Source: Candidatus Tectimicrobiota bacterium
GTDB taxonomy: Bacteria > JACPUC01
Length of the DNA stretch: 55,081 nucleotides
Direction: 5' to 3'
NCBI GenBank assembly: GCA_016192455.1
Contig: JACPUC010000003.1
Span: 310,001-365,081 of the forward strand
In this document: positions 39,219-48,549 of the stretch, piece by piece
Layout of the letters: the number at the start of each line of letters is the position of its first letter
Position numbering within the stretch: position 1 is the first letter of the stretch
Notes under the pieces: generated by a model
Seen by the model: the letters and a program-made list of their open reading frames with translations, nothing else
Database searches by the model: none
What the model was told of the DNA's origin: nothing
Made by a program: the position numbers and the translations under genes

Positions 39219-39420
39219 AAGCCTCATCCCCTGTCGCGCCCCTGCACTGCAAACTGCTGGGTAACCCCCCAGTAAGGTGAGGTGCGGGAACGTGACGGTT
39301 CCCCGCGACAACCTTTCCTCCCAGCGCCACGCGCAACGAATCAGGTGTGTCAACGGACTTTTGAGAAGCCGCAAGGGAGGGGAGAGGCATTGCTGACGGG
39401 GGGCAGGAATCGGCCTTCGC

Positions 39421-40032
39421 CTATCCCGCCGCGGATTGCGGCCGGCCTGCCTGAGGTTCGGCCAGGCGTTCGCTCTGTTCGATGAGGTCCTGAAGGGTGA
39501 AGAGTGCTTGAAACGGCACGCCTTGGGCCTCGAGGTTCTCCCTCCCCGCCGCCTCCTGGCGATCCACCAGGGCGATCACCGTGGCGACCTGAAGACCGCT
39601 CTCGCGGCACCTGGCGATCGCCTCGATGGTGGAGCCGCCGGTGGTGACCACATCCTCGACGATCAGCGCCGTATCGCCTTGGCGCGCATCGCCTTCCAGG
39701 AGCTTCTTCATGCCGTGTCCCTTGGCGTCCTTGCGCACGACGAAGGCGCGCAGGGTGGCGCCGCGCCGTCGGTACGCGGCGTCGGAGACCGCCAGAGCCA
39801 GCGGATAGGCGCCCAGGGCCATGCCGCCCACGGCGTCGAGGCGCAGGGCCGCAATGCGCTCATCAACGAGGTCACCCACGAGCTGCCGGACGATGGGATA
39901 GGAGAGCGCGATCTTGCAATCGATGTAGTACTTGCTGAGCATCCCGGAGGCGAGCTTGTAGCGCGGCTCCACGCTGCGGTGGAAGGAGGTCTCCGCGAGG
40001 AGCCGCAAGAGCTGCCAACGGTCTTCCGGCAT
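39421..40032 (-). CDS. pyrE: Orotate phosphoribosyltransferase
   Basis: LASGMLSKYYID, VRKDAKGHG, IVEDVVTTGGS, LVDRQE. Confidence 0.93.
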   Translation of the reverse strand: MPEDRWQLLRLLAETSFHRSVEPRYKLASGMLSKYYIDCKIALSYPIVRQLVGDLVDERIAALRLDAVGGMALGAYPLALAVSDAAYRRRGATLRAFVVRKDAKGHGMKKLLEGDARQGDTALIVEDVVTTGGSTIEAIARCRESGLQVATVIALVDRQEAAGRENLEAQGVPFQALFTLQDLIEQSERLAEPQAGRPQSAAG

Positions 40033-40054
40033 CGGACGGTTCCTGTCTTGTTGG

Positions 40055-40192
40055 AGGGGGGGATTTTTTGTGGGGGACCATTGCTCCCCCACACCCCCAT
40101 GCCGCGCGAGCTGCGCAGCAGCTCGCGTAAGGGGGGAGCGCGAGGGGGCGCGGCTCCCTCGCAAAATTTCCGAGCTGATTTGCGAAACAATG
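40055..40192. repeat. Partial MITE-like repeat copy
   Basis: TTTTGTGGGGGACC..CTCCCCCACACCCCCAT and GCGCGAGGGGGCGCGGCTCCCTCGCAAA blocks shared with the other copies. Confidence 0.6.
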
Positions 40193-40194
40193 CG

Positions 40195-40662
40195 CTAAAT
40201 CTGAAACACCACGCCGCGGCGCACCACGTTGTCGCGGCCGAGGCGGTTGTTCTCGTCACAGAGCGACGCCAGGCTCACCTTGCCGAGGAAGGCGCGGATG
40301 TTCGCCGACAGCTCCAGGAAGAGGCCGCGCACGGCGCAGTTGCTGACGCGGTGGCAGGAGTTGACCTCGTCGTAGGCCGCCTCGCCGCAGTCGGCAGGGA
40401 TGAGGTTCTCATCCACCGCGACCAGGATATCCCAGACGGAAATCTCCTCCGGGCGCTTGGAGAGCAGGTAGCCGCCGCCGGGACCGCGCACGCTGCGCAC
40501 CAGCTTGGCCCGCCGCAGCTTCATGAAGAGCTGCTCGAGGTAGTGCTGGGAGATATCCTGGCGGACCGCGATGTTCGCCAGTGTCACCGGGTAGTTTTGG
40601 GACTGCACCGCCAGGTCCACCATGGCTCTGACAGCGTAGACCCCCTTCATGGAGATTCTCAT
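40195..40662 (-). CDS. Rrf2-family (IscR/CymR-like) regulator with three Cys
   Basis: KGVYAVRAMVDLA, YLEQLF.KLRRA.LVRSVRGPGGGY, C-x9-C-x5-C. Confidence 0.92.
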   Translation of the reverse strand: MRISMKGVYAVRAMVDLAVQSQNYPVTLANIAVRQDISQHYLEQLFMKLRRAKLVRSVRGPGGGYLLSKRPEEISVWDILVAVDENLIPADCGEAAYDEVNSCHRVSNCAVRGLFLELSANIRAFLGKVSLASLCDENNRLGRDNVVRRGVVFQI

Positions 40663-40862
40663 GCCGCACCTCTAGGCTCTATTGCAAACCCGGTTGCCCC
40701 TCTTGTTCGCCGGGATTCGATGCCATTGACGCTGTGAGGATCGGTTCTCTCCCGCACATCGAGTATATGTAGATCATCGTCTACGTCCAGCGACATTGTA
40801 ATTGAGAAGTGGTACAGCAAGCCACACTCTGATCGAACTCCTAGGAAGCATGATGGTTTCAT
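40659..40862 (-). CDS. Possible small hypothetical protein (67 aa)
   Basis: Fills the cysM-rrf2 gap and its TGA overlaps the rrf2 ATG (ATGA); weak RBS. Confidence 0.3.
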   Translation of the reverse strand: MKPSCFLGVRSECGLLYHFSITMSLDVDDDLHILDVRERTDPHSVNGIESRRTRGATGFAIEPRGAA

Positions 40863-40914
40863 GCAGCATTCGAGGACTTCAGCAGTTCTTTCTTGACAAA
40901 GAACGACTCGCTCC

Positions 40915-41850
40915 TCAGTAGTTCAGGCTGAGGTACTTGTCGCCGCCGTCCGGGAAGATGGTGACAATGACGCCCTCCTTCACGCGGCGGGCGATCTCCA
41001 GCGCGCCAAGGAGGGCGGCCCCCGAGGAGTGCCCCACCAGCAGCCCCTCCTGACGCGCCAAGCGCTTGCACATGGCGTAGGCGGCCTCGGAGCTCACCGG
41101 CACCTTGCCGTCCAGGAACTCCTCGTGGTAGATGCCGGGCACGATGGAGCTTGCCATGTGCTTCAGCCCTTCAAGGCCGTGCAGCGACGAGTCCGGCTCC
41201 ACGGCGATGATCTGGATGTTGGGGTTGAAGCGCTTCAGTCGGCAGCGGGCCCCCATGATCGTGCCGCCGGTGCCGATGCCGGCGACAAAGTGGGTGAGCC
41301 GGCCCTCGGTCTGCTCGATGATCTCGCACGCCGTGGTAAGGTTATGCGCCTTCCAATTGCTGGGGTTGTTGTACTGGTCGGCGTAGAAGTAGAGGTCCGG
41401 CTTTTCGGCAACCAGCTTGCGCGCCAGGCGGATGGCGCCATCGGAGCTTTCCAGGGAGCTTGAGTAGATGATCTTGGCGCCGTAGGTTTCGACCAGCTTC
41501 TTGCGCTCGGCGCTCACGTTCGCGGGCATGACGAGCTCGACGCGGAAGCCCTTCGCCGCGCCGATCATGGCGTAGGCGATGCCGGTGTTGCCGGAGGTGG
41601 CGTCGATGAGAATCTTCTCCGGCGTCAGGAGACCCTCGGCCTCGGCGTCCTCGACGATCTGCAACGCCGCCCGATCCTTCACGGAGCCGCCGGGGTTGAA
41701 GCGCTCGATCTTGGCGTAGATCTCCACGTGGGGAACGTCGCGACCGATCTTCGTAAGCCGGATCAGGGGGGTGTTGCCGATGAGGTTGAGGAGGTGCGGC
41801 CGCCGCAGACTGGGCTGCAACGCTGTCAGCGTGGTTTCGACGTAACTCAT
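40915..41850 (-). CDS. cysM: Cysteine synthase B-like PLP enzyme (CysM type)
   Basis: IGNTPL, NPGGSVKDR, DATSGNTG, DQYNNP, GIGTGGT, GHSSGA, FPDGGDKYLS. Confidence 0.85.
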   Translation of the reverse strand: MSYVETTLTALQPSLRRPHLLNLIGNTPLIRLTKIGRDVPHVEIYAKIERFNPGGSVKDRAALQIVEDAEAEGLLTPEKILIDATSGNTGIAYAMIGAAKGFRVELVMPANVSAERKKLVETYGAKIIYSSSLESSDGAIRLARKLVAEKPDLYFYADQYNNPSNWKAHNLTTACEIIEQTEGRLTHFVAGIGTGGTIMGARCRLKRFNPNIQIIAVEPDSSLHGLEGLKHMASSIVPGIYHEEFLDGKVPVSSEAAYAMCKRLARQEGLLVGHSSGAALLGALEIARRVKEGVIVTIFPDGGDKYLSLNY

Positions 41851-42032
41851 AGGTCTCACGCTCCCGCCAGCCAGGTCGTCGTCTCCAGGCGCCCCCTGCA
41901 CACCCAGGAGCGGCCGCCTCGATTCTGTCCGGTTCATCTCGTAGCCGCGAAGCCCACGCCGCGGCGTCACCCCTCCGCGCCTGGTGCCCGGCCGCGGCCG
42001 AGCGCGCCCGCTCCGCCGCTCGCAGCGCCAGC

Positions 42033-42314
42033 TTACCGAGACCCGCCGGCGATGGCCGGCACGATGGAGACCTTGTCCCCATCCTTCACGGTGGTCTGCT
42101 CGCCGTTGAGGAAGCGGATATCTTCCTCGTTCACGTAGATATTCACGAACCGCCGCAACTGGCCGTTCTCGTCGTAGAGCCGCTGGCGCAGGCCGGGGTA
42201 GTTCGACTCCATATCGGCCAGCACTTCCTTGATGCTTGTCCCGCTCGCCGGCACCTCGGCCTGGTTCTTGGTGATCTTCTGCAACGGGGTCGGGATGAGC
42301 ACCTGCACCGTCAT
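42033..42314 (-). CDS. MoaD/ThiS/CysO-like ubiquitin-fold sulfur carrier
   Basis: IPTPL, RRFVNIYVNEEDIRFL, VSIVPAIAGG-SR. Confidence 0.92.
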   Translation of the reverse strand: MTVQVLIPTPLQKITKNQAEVPASGTSIKEVLADMESNYPGLRQRLYDENGQLRRFVNIYVNEEDIRFLNGEQTTVKDGDKVSIVPAIAGGSR

Positions 42315-42330
42315 GGTCTTGCTCCTTACT

Positions 42331-43566
42331 TTACGCGTTCATCTGCGCGTAGGCTTCGCGGAACGAGGTCAGGGTCGTGTCAATGTCAATGCGATCCGGC
42401 AAGAGGCTCGCGACCGCCTCCTGGGTCTTCAGGCCGTTGCCGGTGATGGAGGCCACGGCGAGCTCGTCGCGGCCGATGCGTCCCTGCTCCACCAGCTTGC
42501 GCAGCACGCCGATGGTGACGCCCCCCGCCGTCTCCGTGAAGATGCCCTCGGTCTCCGCCAACAGACGCATGGAAGCGCGGATGTCGTCATCGCAGACATC
42601 GTCGCCGTAGCCGCCGCTGTCGCGACAGACCTGGATGCCGTAGTAGCCGTCCGCCGGGTTGCCGATGGCGATGGACTTGGCGATGGTGTTCGGCTTCACG
42701 GGGCGGATGAAGTCCTCGCCGTTCTTGATCGCGGTGGTGACGGGGGCGCAGCCGCTGGCCTGGGCGGCGTAGATTTTCGTCTTGGCGTTCTCGATCAGGC
42801 CGAGCATCTCGAACTCTTTCAGTCCCTTGGCAACCTTGGTGATGAGCGAGCTGCCGGCGACCGGCACGACGATATGATCGGGCGCCCGCCAGCCGAGCTG
42901 CTCGATCACCTCGTAGATGAAGGTCTTCGAGCCGTCGCCATAGTACGGGCGGATGTTGATGTTCACGAAGGCCCAGTGGTAGTGATCGCTGATCTCGCTG
43001 CAGAGGCGGTTGACCTCGTCATAATTGCCGCGCACGCCGACGAGCTGGGCGCCGTACACGAGGGTGCTGACGACCTTGCCACTCTCGATGTCCGCCGGGA
43101 TGAAGATGTAGCTGCGCATCCTCGCCTCGGCGGCATGGGCCGCCAGCGAGTTGGCGAGGTTGCCGGTGGAGGCGCAGGCGACGGTGTCAAACCCGAACTC
43201 CCGCGCCTTCGACACCGCCACGGCGACGACGCGATCCTTGAAGGAGAGGGTGGGGTTCGAGACGCTGTCGTTCTTCAACCAGAGGTTGGTCAAACCCAGG
43301 ACCTCACCCAGGTTCTTGGCGTGCACGAGGGGCGTCATGCCGACGTGCAGCCCCACCGTCGGCTCGCCGTCGAGGGGCAGCAGGTCGCGGTAACGCCACA
43401 TCGACGGCGGACCCGCTTCGATGCTGGCGCGGGAGACGCGGGCGCGAATGGCGTCGTAGTCGTAGAGGCACTCGAGCGGACCGAAACAGAACTCACAGAC
43501 ATGCTGCGGCAATTTCTCGTAGGCGCGACCGCACTCCCGACAGCGCAACCCTTGCACGTACCCCAT
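42331..43566 (-). CDS. thrC: Threonine synthase-like PLP enzyme
   Basis: CRECG..CEFCFGPL Zn ribbon, NPTLSFKDR, CASTGNLA, NIRPYY.DGSKT, AIGNPADG, TGNGLKT. Confidence 0.88.
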   Translation of the reverse strand: MGYVQGLRCRECGRAYEKLPQHVCEFCFGPLECLYDYDAIRARVSRASIEAGPPSMWRYRDLLPLDGEPTVGLHVGMTPLVHAKNLGEVLGLTNLWLKNDSVSNPTLSFKDRVVAVAVSKAREFGFDTVACASTGNLANSLAAHAAEARMRSYIFIPADIESGKVVSTLVYGAQLVGVRGNYDEVNRLCSEISDHYHWAFVNINIRPYYGDGSKTFIYEVIEQLGWRAPDHIVVPVAGSSLITKVAKGLKEFEMLGLIENAKTKIYAAQASGCAPVTTAIKNGEDFIRPVKPNTIAKSIAIGNPADGYYGIQVCRDSGGYGDDVCDDDIRASMRLLAETEGIFTETAGGVTIGVLRKLVEQGRIGRDELAVASITGNGLKTQEAVASLLPDRIDIDTTLTSFREAYAQMNA

Positions 43567-43941
43567 GCTCGTTCCTCAACCTTCCTGAAGGCCGACGTCG
43601 CGCGCGCTTCGGCGGCGCCGTCCTGCTCACACGCCTGCTGACACGCCGCGCAGCCTGATGCTTGAGCCGCCGGCTGAACCGCGCCCCCCCATCTCTGCCG
43701 CTTGGCAAACCCCGTCGCTGGAGCCAGACGCCGGCGCCGAGACCACCAGGGAGGAGCGACGCCCCTCCCCCCGGCTCCGCGCGGAAAACGCGGTGGAGTG
43801 GCGTCGGCGACGCGCCGTTGCGGCCGCCCCGCTGCCTCGCCGCGCGCGTTGGCGTCCCCGACTTCCGGTCGCCTCCGTTCCCAATCGCTTCACGGCAGGT
43901 GAAACTAGGCGTGGAGAGGCCGCGGCGGCTTACGAGACAGC

Positions 43942-44874
43942 CTAGAAGTAACGATCGAAGCTGAAGTAGCGCTCGCCGGTGTCGGGGAAGACCACCACGA
44001 CATTCTTCCCCCGCCCCAGGCGCTGGGCGACGCGCAAGGCGGCATGACAGGCAGCGCCGGAGGAGATTCCCACCATCAGCCCTTCGGTCCGCGCGAGGCG
44101 CTTCGACATGTGGTAAGCATCATCATCCGAGACGGTCAGCACTTCGTCTAAAATGCCGACGTTCAGGACTTTCGGGATGAACCCCGCGCCGATCCCCTGA
44201 ATCTTGTGATCGCCGGCGGGGCGACCGGAGAGGACGGCGGAGGTCTCCGGCTCGACGCCGATGATGCGCACCTCGGGGTAGCGTCCTTTCAGCACCTCGC
44301 CGACGCCCGTGATCGTGCCGCCGGTGCCGATCCCGGCGACGAAGGCGTCGATGCGCATCCCCCCCATGTCGCGAAGAATCTCCTTGGCGGTGGTGCGGCG
44401 GTGGATCTCGGGGTTGGCCGGGTTGTTGAACTGCATCGGCATGAAGTAGTTCTTGTGCAGGGCGCAGAGCTCCTCGGCGCGGTCGATGGAACCCTGCATC
44501 GCCGTGTCCGCCGGCGTCAATTCAACCTCGGCGCCGTAGGATGCGAGCAGGCTGCGGCGCTCGTAGCTCATGCTCTCGGAGAGCACGATAACGACGCGGT
44601 ATCCCTTGCTGGCCCCCACCATGGCGAGGCCGATGCCGGTGTTGCCGCTCGTCGGCTCAATGATCGTATCCCCCGGCTGCAGGAGGCCCTTGCGCTCGGC
44701 GTCCTCGATCATGCTCAGGGCGATGCGATCCTTGACGCTGCCGCCCGGGTTGAAGAACTCAACCTTGGCGAAGATCGCGGCCATCTCGCTCTCGGGCAGA
44801 CGCCGGAGCTGCACGAGCGGCGTTCGTCCAATGAGCTCAGAGACGCTTCCAACGGGCGCAACCATGGCGCGCAT
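43942..44874 (-). CDS. cysK: Cysteine synthase A
   Basis: IGRTPLV, NPGGSVKDRIA, EPTSGNTG, QFNNPANP, HKIQGIGAGF, GISSGA, PDTGERY. Confidence 0.93.
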   Translation of the reverse strand: MRAMVAPVGSVSELIGRTPLVQLRRLPESEMAAIFAKVEFFNPGGSVKDRIALSMIEDAERKGLLQPGDTIIEPTSGNTGIGLAMVGASKGYRVVIVLSESMSYERRSLLASYGAEVELTPADTAMQGSIDRAEELCALHKNYFMPMQFNNPANPEIHRRTTAKEILRDMGGMRIDAFVAGIGTGGTITGVGEVLKGRYPEVRIIGVEPETSAVLSGRPAGDHKIQGIGAGFIPKVLNVGILDEVLTVSDDDAYHMSKRLARTEGLMVGISSGAACHAALRVAQRLGRGKNVVVVFPDTGERYFSFDRYF

Positions 44875-44924
44875 CCCTTCCTGCCTGCTCGACGGTGAAG
44901 GAGCGGAGCTATCAGGTCGAAGCT

Positions 44925-44956
44925 AAGATAACAATCTCTACCGAAATTGTCAAGAT
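44925..44956 (-). promoter_or_regulatory. Sigma70 promoter of the cysK operon with overlapping Rrf2/IscR-type operator
   Basis: TTGACA-17 nt-TATCTT; imperfect palindrome ATCTTGAC-N7-GTAGAGAT over the -35. Confidence 0.65.
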
Positions 44957-45392
44957 AAGCCCTCTTGAAGACAGCGATTGTACTCGAATTTGTGCTCCGC
45001 CGATCTTCAGCGCGCGCCGGGAGCGCGGAACGCGGCGCCGCGGCGAGATGCCGAGCCTCTGCCGCCCCGCCTGGCCGCCCCTCTTGTTCCGAACGAAGCA
45101 CCTGGAGTATGCTCCACAGCGCTGCGGTGGGAGACGCCTGAGCCTCCCTAGCAAGCCGTGCTCGATGAGCCCCCTGCCCTGTGGGGTCTCCTCAATTCCC
45201 CCCATCCCCGCGCGCTCCCGAGGCTTTGGCTCCTGGAGGGGCCAGAACCGAGCGGCGGCGGGCGAGGGATGCGGCTGCCTCGCAACCCATCCGTGCGCTG
45301 CATGGGAGCAGCGGCGCGACGACGGCGAAGAGTTTTCGGGAACGCCACGAGGAGCCCCAGACGGGCGGCGCGGCGACGCGCAAGGAGGGGGG

Positions 45393-45821
45393 GTGTCGGG
45401 CGTCACGCTTGCTTTCATCTCATCATTCTTCTGGGCCCTGAACGCCATCCTCATTCGCAAAGGGGTGCGCGACGTTGATCCCCTGGAAGCCGCCTATGTC
45501 TCGACCTATCCCGGCGCGGCGCTGCTGATTTTCGTCAGCCTTGCCGTGGTGGACTGGTCAGCCGTTCCCTCGTCCCCCTGGGCGGCTTTCGGCATGTTCA
45601 CGCTCACCGGCATCTTTTCCCTCGCCTTTGCCCGTTTCTTCTATTTCATCAGCGTGCAGCGCATCGGGCCGTCGCGCAGCTCCATCGTCCTCGCCACGCG
45701 GGTGCTCCTGGCGCCGTTCATCGGCATGCTGCTGCTGAGCGAGCCCTTCACCCTGCGGGTTGCCATCGGGGGTTCCCTGATGGTGCTTGGCCTGTCGCTC
45801 CTTTCCTCGGAGACGCCATGA
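45393..45821 (+). CDS. Single-domain EamA protein (half transporter)
   Basis: GGAGG RBS and GTG; 5 TM; RIGPSRSS...LSEP. Confidence 0.75.
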   Translation: MSGVTLAFISSFFWALNAILIRKGVRDVDPLEAAYVSTYPGAALLIFVSLAVVDWSAVPSSPWAAFGMFTLTGIFSLAFARFFYFISVQRIGPSRSSIVLATRVLLAPFIGMLLLSEPFTLRVAIGGSLMVLGLSLLSSETP

Positions 45822-46243
45822 GCCGCTACACCTTCGCGCTGCTCTCCGCCGTCGGCTTCGGCGTGGCGCCCGTGCTGGCGCGGCAGGGGGCGCTGTGGGG
45901 CCTGCCGTCCATCCTCGGCACGACCTGGAGCACCCTCTGCGCCCTGCCGTTCCTCTACCTCTTCATGTGCGTCGGCCGCCGGCGCCTAACCTTCACGAAG
46001 TGGCCGCGTCGCACCCAGGCGTACGTTCTCGGCACCGGCCTTTGCAGCAGCATCGGCGTTCTCTTCTATTGGCTGGCGCTGAGCCGCGAGTCGGTGGCCG
46101 TGGTCGTTTCGATCAACTCCGCATTCCCGCTCCTCACCATTCTCCTCTCGGCGATCCTCCTGCGCCAGGACGAACGCATCACCCTGCGCCTCGTTCTGGG
46201 GGCTCTGCTGGTTGTCGCCGGCGTGGTGATCGTCACCACCTGA
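45818..46243 (+). CDS. Single-domain EamA protein (half transporter)
   Basis: ATGA overlap with the previous gene; 5 TM; SVAVVVSINSAFPL..ERIT. Confidence 0.78.
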   Translation: MSRYTFALLSAVGFGVAPVLARQGALWGLPSILGTTWSTLCALPFLYLFMCVGRRRLTFTKWPRRTQAYVLGTGLCSSIGVLFYWLALSRESVAVVVSINSAFPLLTILLSAILLRQDERITLRLVLGALLVVAGVVIVTT

Positions 46244-46378
46244 GCGTCGCGCTGCCCCGCGGGCGTGGTGCACCCCTCGCGCCGGCGCCGCCGCGCCGCG
46301 GGGAAAAGAAGAGGCCGTCGCGGACGACGCGCAGGCAACCCGCCGCGCCTGCATTCCGCCATCCCAGGAGGGCATGAG

Positions 46379-48313
46379 ATGAGCTACCCCCACCTCTTCC
46401 AGCCGGGCGTGATCGGCTCCCTGGAGCTGAAAAACCGCCTCATCTGCCTGTCGATGTCGAAGAACTACGCCAACCGCGACGGCAGCGTCACGCAGCGCTA
46501 CATCGACTATGCAGTGGAGCGGGCGCGCGGCGGGGTGGGCCTCATCTTCCTCGAGGCGGTCTACCTGCGGCCGCAGATGAAGGGACGCCACCTGCAGCTC
46601 GGCATCCATGACGACCGGCTGATCAGCGGCCTGCGCCGACTGACGGCGGCGGTGCGGGCAGAGGGAGCCAGGGTGGGCCTGCAGCTCAACGCCCGCGGCC
46701 GGCAGATGAGCGCGGCGATCAGTGGGTTCCAACCCGTGGCCCCGTCAGCCGTGCCCTGTCCGGCCACCGGCGGGGCGATTCCCCGCCCCCTGACGTTGGA
46801 GGAGATCGAGGCCTGGGTGGACGCCTTCGCCCAGCGGGCGCGGCGGGCTCGGGAGGCGGGGTTCGACCTGGTGGAGCTGCATGGCGCCACCGGCTACCTC
46901 ATCGGTCAGTTCCTCTCACCTTACAGCAATAAACGCACGGATGCCTACGGCGGCAGCCTGGAGAACCGCCTGCGTTTCCCCCTGCAGGTGATCGCCGGCG
47001 CGCGGCGCGTGCTGGGCGATGATTTTCCCCTCTCCTTCCGGTTCTGCGCCGACGAGTTCATGGACGGCGGCCTGACCCTTGACGAGAGCCGGGTCATGGC
47101 GCCGCGTCTCGCGGCCGCCGGGCTCGACGCGCTGAACGTGACGGGAGGCATCTACGGCGCGCGCCTCAGCTCCACCCTCCCCATGGGAGCGGAGCCGGGG
47201 AAGCTTGCCTACCTGGCCGCCGAAATCAAGCGCGTGGTGCAGGTGCCGGTGGCGGCGGCGGGGAAGATCACCACGCCGGACCTCGCCGAAAAGATCCTGA
47301 GCGAGGGGAAAGCCGATTTCATCGGCCTGGCGCGCGTCCTCCACGCCGATCCCGCTTTCGCCCGCAAGGCGCGGGAAGGGCGCGCCGAGCTCATCCGCCC
47401 CTGCATCACCTGCAACCACTGCCTGGAGGACCTCAGCCTCGGCATGCCGATCCGTTGTCAGGTCAATCCCACGGCGGGGCGCGAGCGCGAGCTGGCCCCG
47501 CGGCCGTGCCGCGGCGTCAAGAGGGTCGCGGTCATCGGCGGCGGGCCGGCCGGCCTCGAGGCGGCGCGCCTGGCGGCGGAGCGGGGATGCCGCGTCACCC
47601 TCTTCGAGCGGGAGCGCGAGCTTGGCGGGCACCTGCGCCTCTGGAGCCGCCTGCCGCGCCACGGCGAGTACGCCGACCTGCTGCGCTACTACCGCTCCAG
47701 CCTGGCAGCGCTCGGCGTCGAGGCGCGGCTTGGCTGCGAAGCCACCGTGGAGTCGGTTCACGACCTTGCGCCCGACGCTGTCATCGTGGCCACCGGCTCG
47801 GCGCCGTACATGCCGCCATTCCCCGGCATGGAGCGGATGCGCGTCGCCTCGGCGATGCGCGTCGTCGCCGATGATAAGCACGCCGGGTCCCACGCGGTTG
47901 TCTTCGGCGGCGCGGCGCTCGGCTGCCTGGTGGCGGAGCACCTCGTCCAGCGGGGTGGCCGCGTCACCCTCTGCGAGCCGGGGCCGGAGCTGGCGGGCGA
48001 TCTGGTCGCCGCGAAGCGGCTGGCGCTCCTGGCGCAGCTCCGGCAGTACCCCTCCCTCGAGCTGCGCCCGGCCACGACGATCGAGGAGGTGCGTCCTGGC
48101 TCCATCTTCGTCCAGCAGGGCGGGGTGTTCAGTGAGATTGCCGCGGTGAGCGACCTCGTCATGGCCTGGACGGCCGCCCCCGAGCGCGGCCTTCTGGACC
48201 GCCTGCAGGTCGAGGCGGCGGCGCCCGTCGCGGCGGTCGGAGATTGCGTCTGGCCGCGCGGCACGCTGGAGGCCATCCATGAGGGAGCGGCAGCGGCCTA
48301 CGCCTTGCCGTAA
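46379..48313 (+). CDS. NADH:flavin oxidoreductase (OYE TIM barrel + 4Fe-4S + FAD domain; DCR/BaiCD-like)
   Basis: LKNR, RARGGVGLI, GFDLVELHGATGYL..FLSP..NKRTDAYGGS.ENR, CITCNHC..C, VIGGGPAGLEAA. Confidence 0.92.
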   Translation: MSYPHLFQPGVIGSLELKNRLICLSMSKNYANRDGSVTQRYIDYAVERARGGVGLIFLEAVYLRPQMKGRHLQLGIHDDRLISGLRRLTAAVRAEGARVGLQLNARGRQMSAAISGFQPVAPSAVPCPATGGAIPRPLTLEEIEAWVDAFAQRARRAREAGFDLVELHGATGYLIGQFLSPYSNKRTDAYGGSLENRLRFPLQVIAGARRVLGDDFPLSFRFCADEFMDGGLTLDESRVMAPRLAAAGLDALNVTGGIYGARLSSTLPMGAEPGKLAYLAAEIKRVVQVPVAAAGKITTPDLAEKILSEGKADFIGLARVLHADPAFARKAREGRAELIRPCITCNHCLEDLSLGMPIRCQVNPTAGRERELAPRPCRGVKRVAVIGGGPAGLEAARLAAERGCRVTLFERERELGGHLRLWSRLPRHGEYADLLRYYRSSLAALGVEARLGCEATVESVHDLAPDAVIVATGSAPYMPPFPGMERMRVASAMRVVADDKHAGSHAVVFGGAALGCLVAEHLVQRGGRVTLCEPGPELAGDLVAAKRLALLAQLRQYPSLELRPATTIEEVRPGSIFVQQGGVFSEIAAVSDLVMAWTAAPERGLLDRLQVEAAAPVAAVGDCVWPRGTLEAIHEGAAAAYALP

Positions 48314-48549
48314 GGGACGGCCTTGTGGGAAGCGGACTGGCGCCGCTCGCGGCTCACGGCCTGCCGCCAAAGCCATGGAACCTGCTGCATCGAACCTGCT
48401 ATAGTCGCTGTGGACTCCTGTGCTTGTTTTGAAACCGGGGAGGGCTGACGCCTGCGGGCCGGCACCGGACGCGGCTGCCGGACCCAGGGACCTGGCGGGC
48501 CCACCCAGCGTCGTTCCGCACCTTGCGCCTGCTTTGGGAGGAAGCCGCT

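Noticed and set aside
39060-39420. TPP riboswitch upstream of thiDN
   Set aside because: No CTGAGA/ACCTGA core found; the region contains a REP
43567-43941. SAM riboswitch upstream of the thrC-like gene
   Set aside because: Expected from context, but I could not find the SAM-I core motifs on the minus strand
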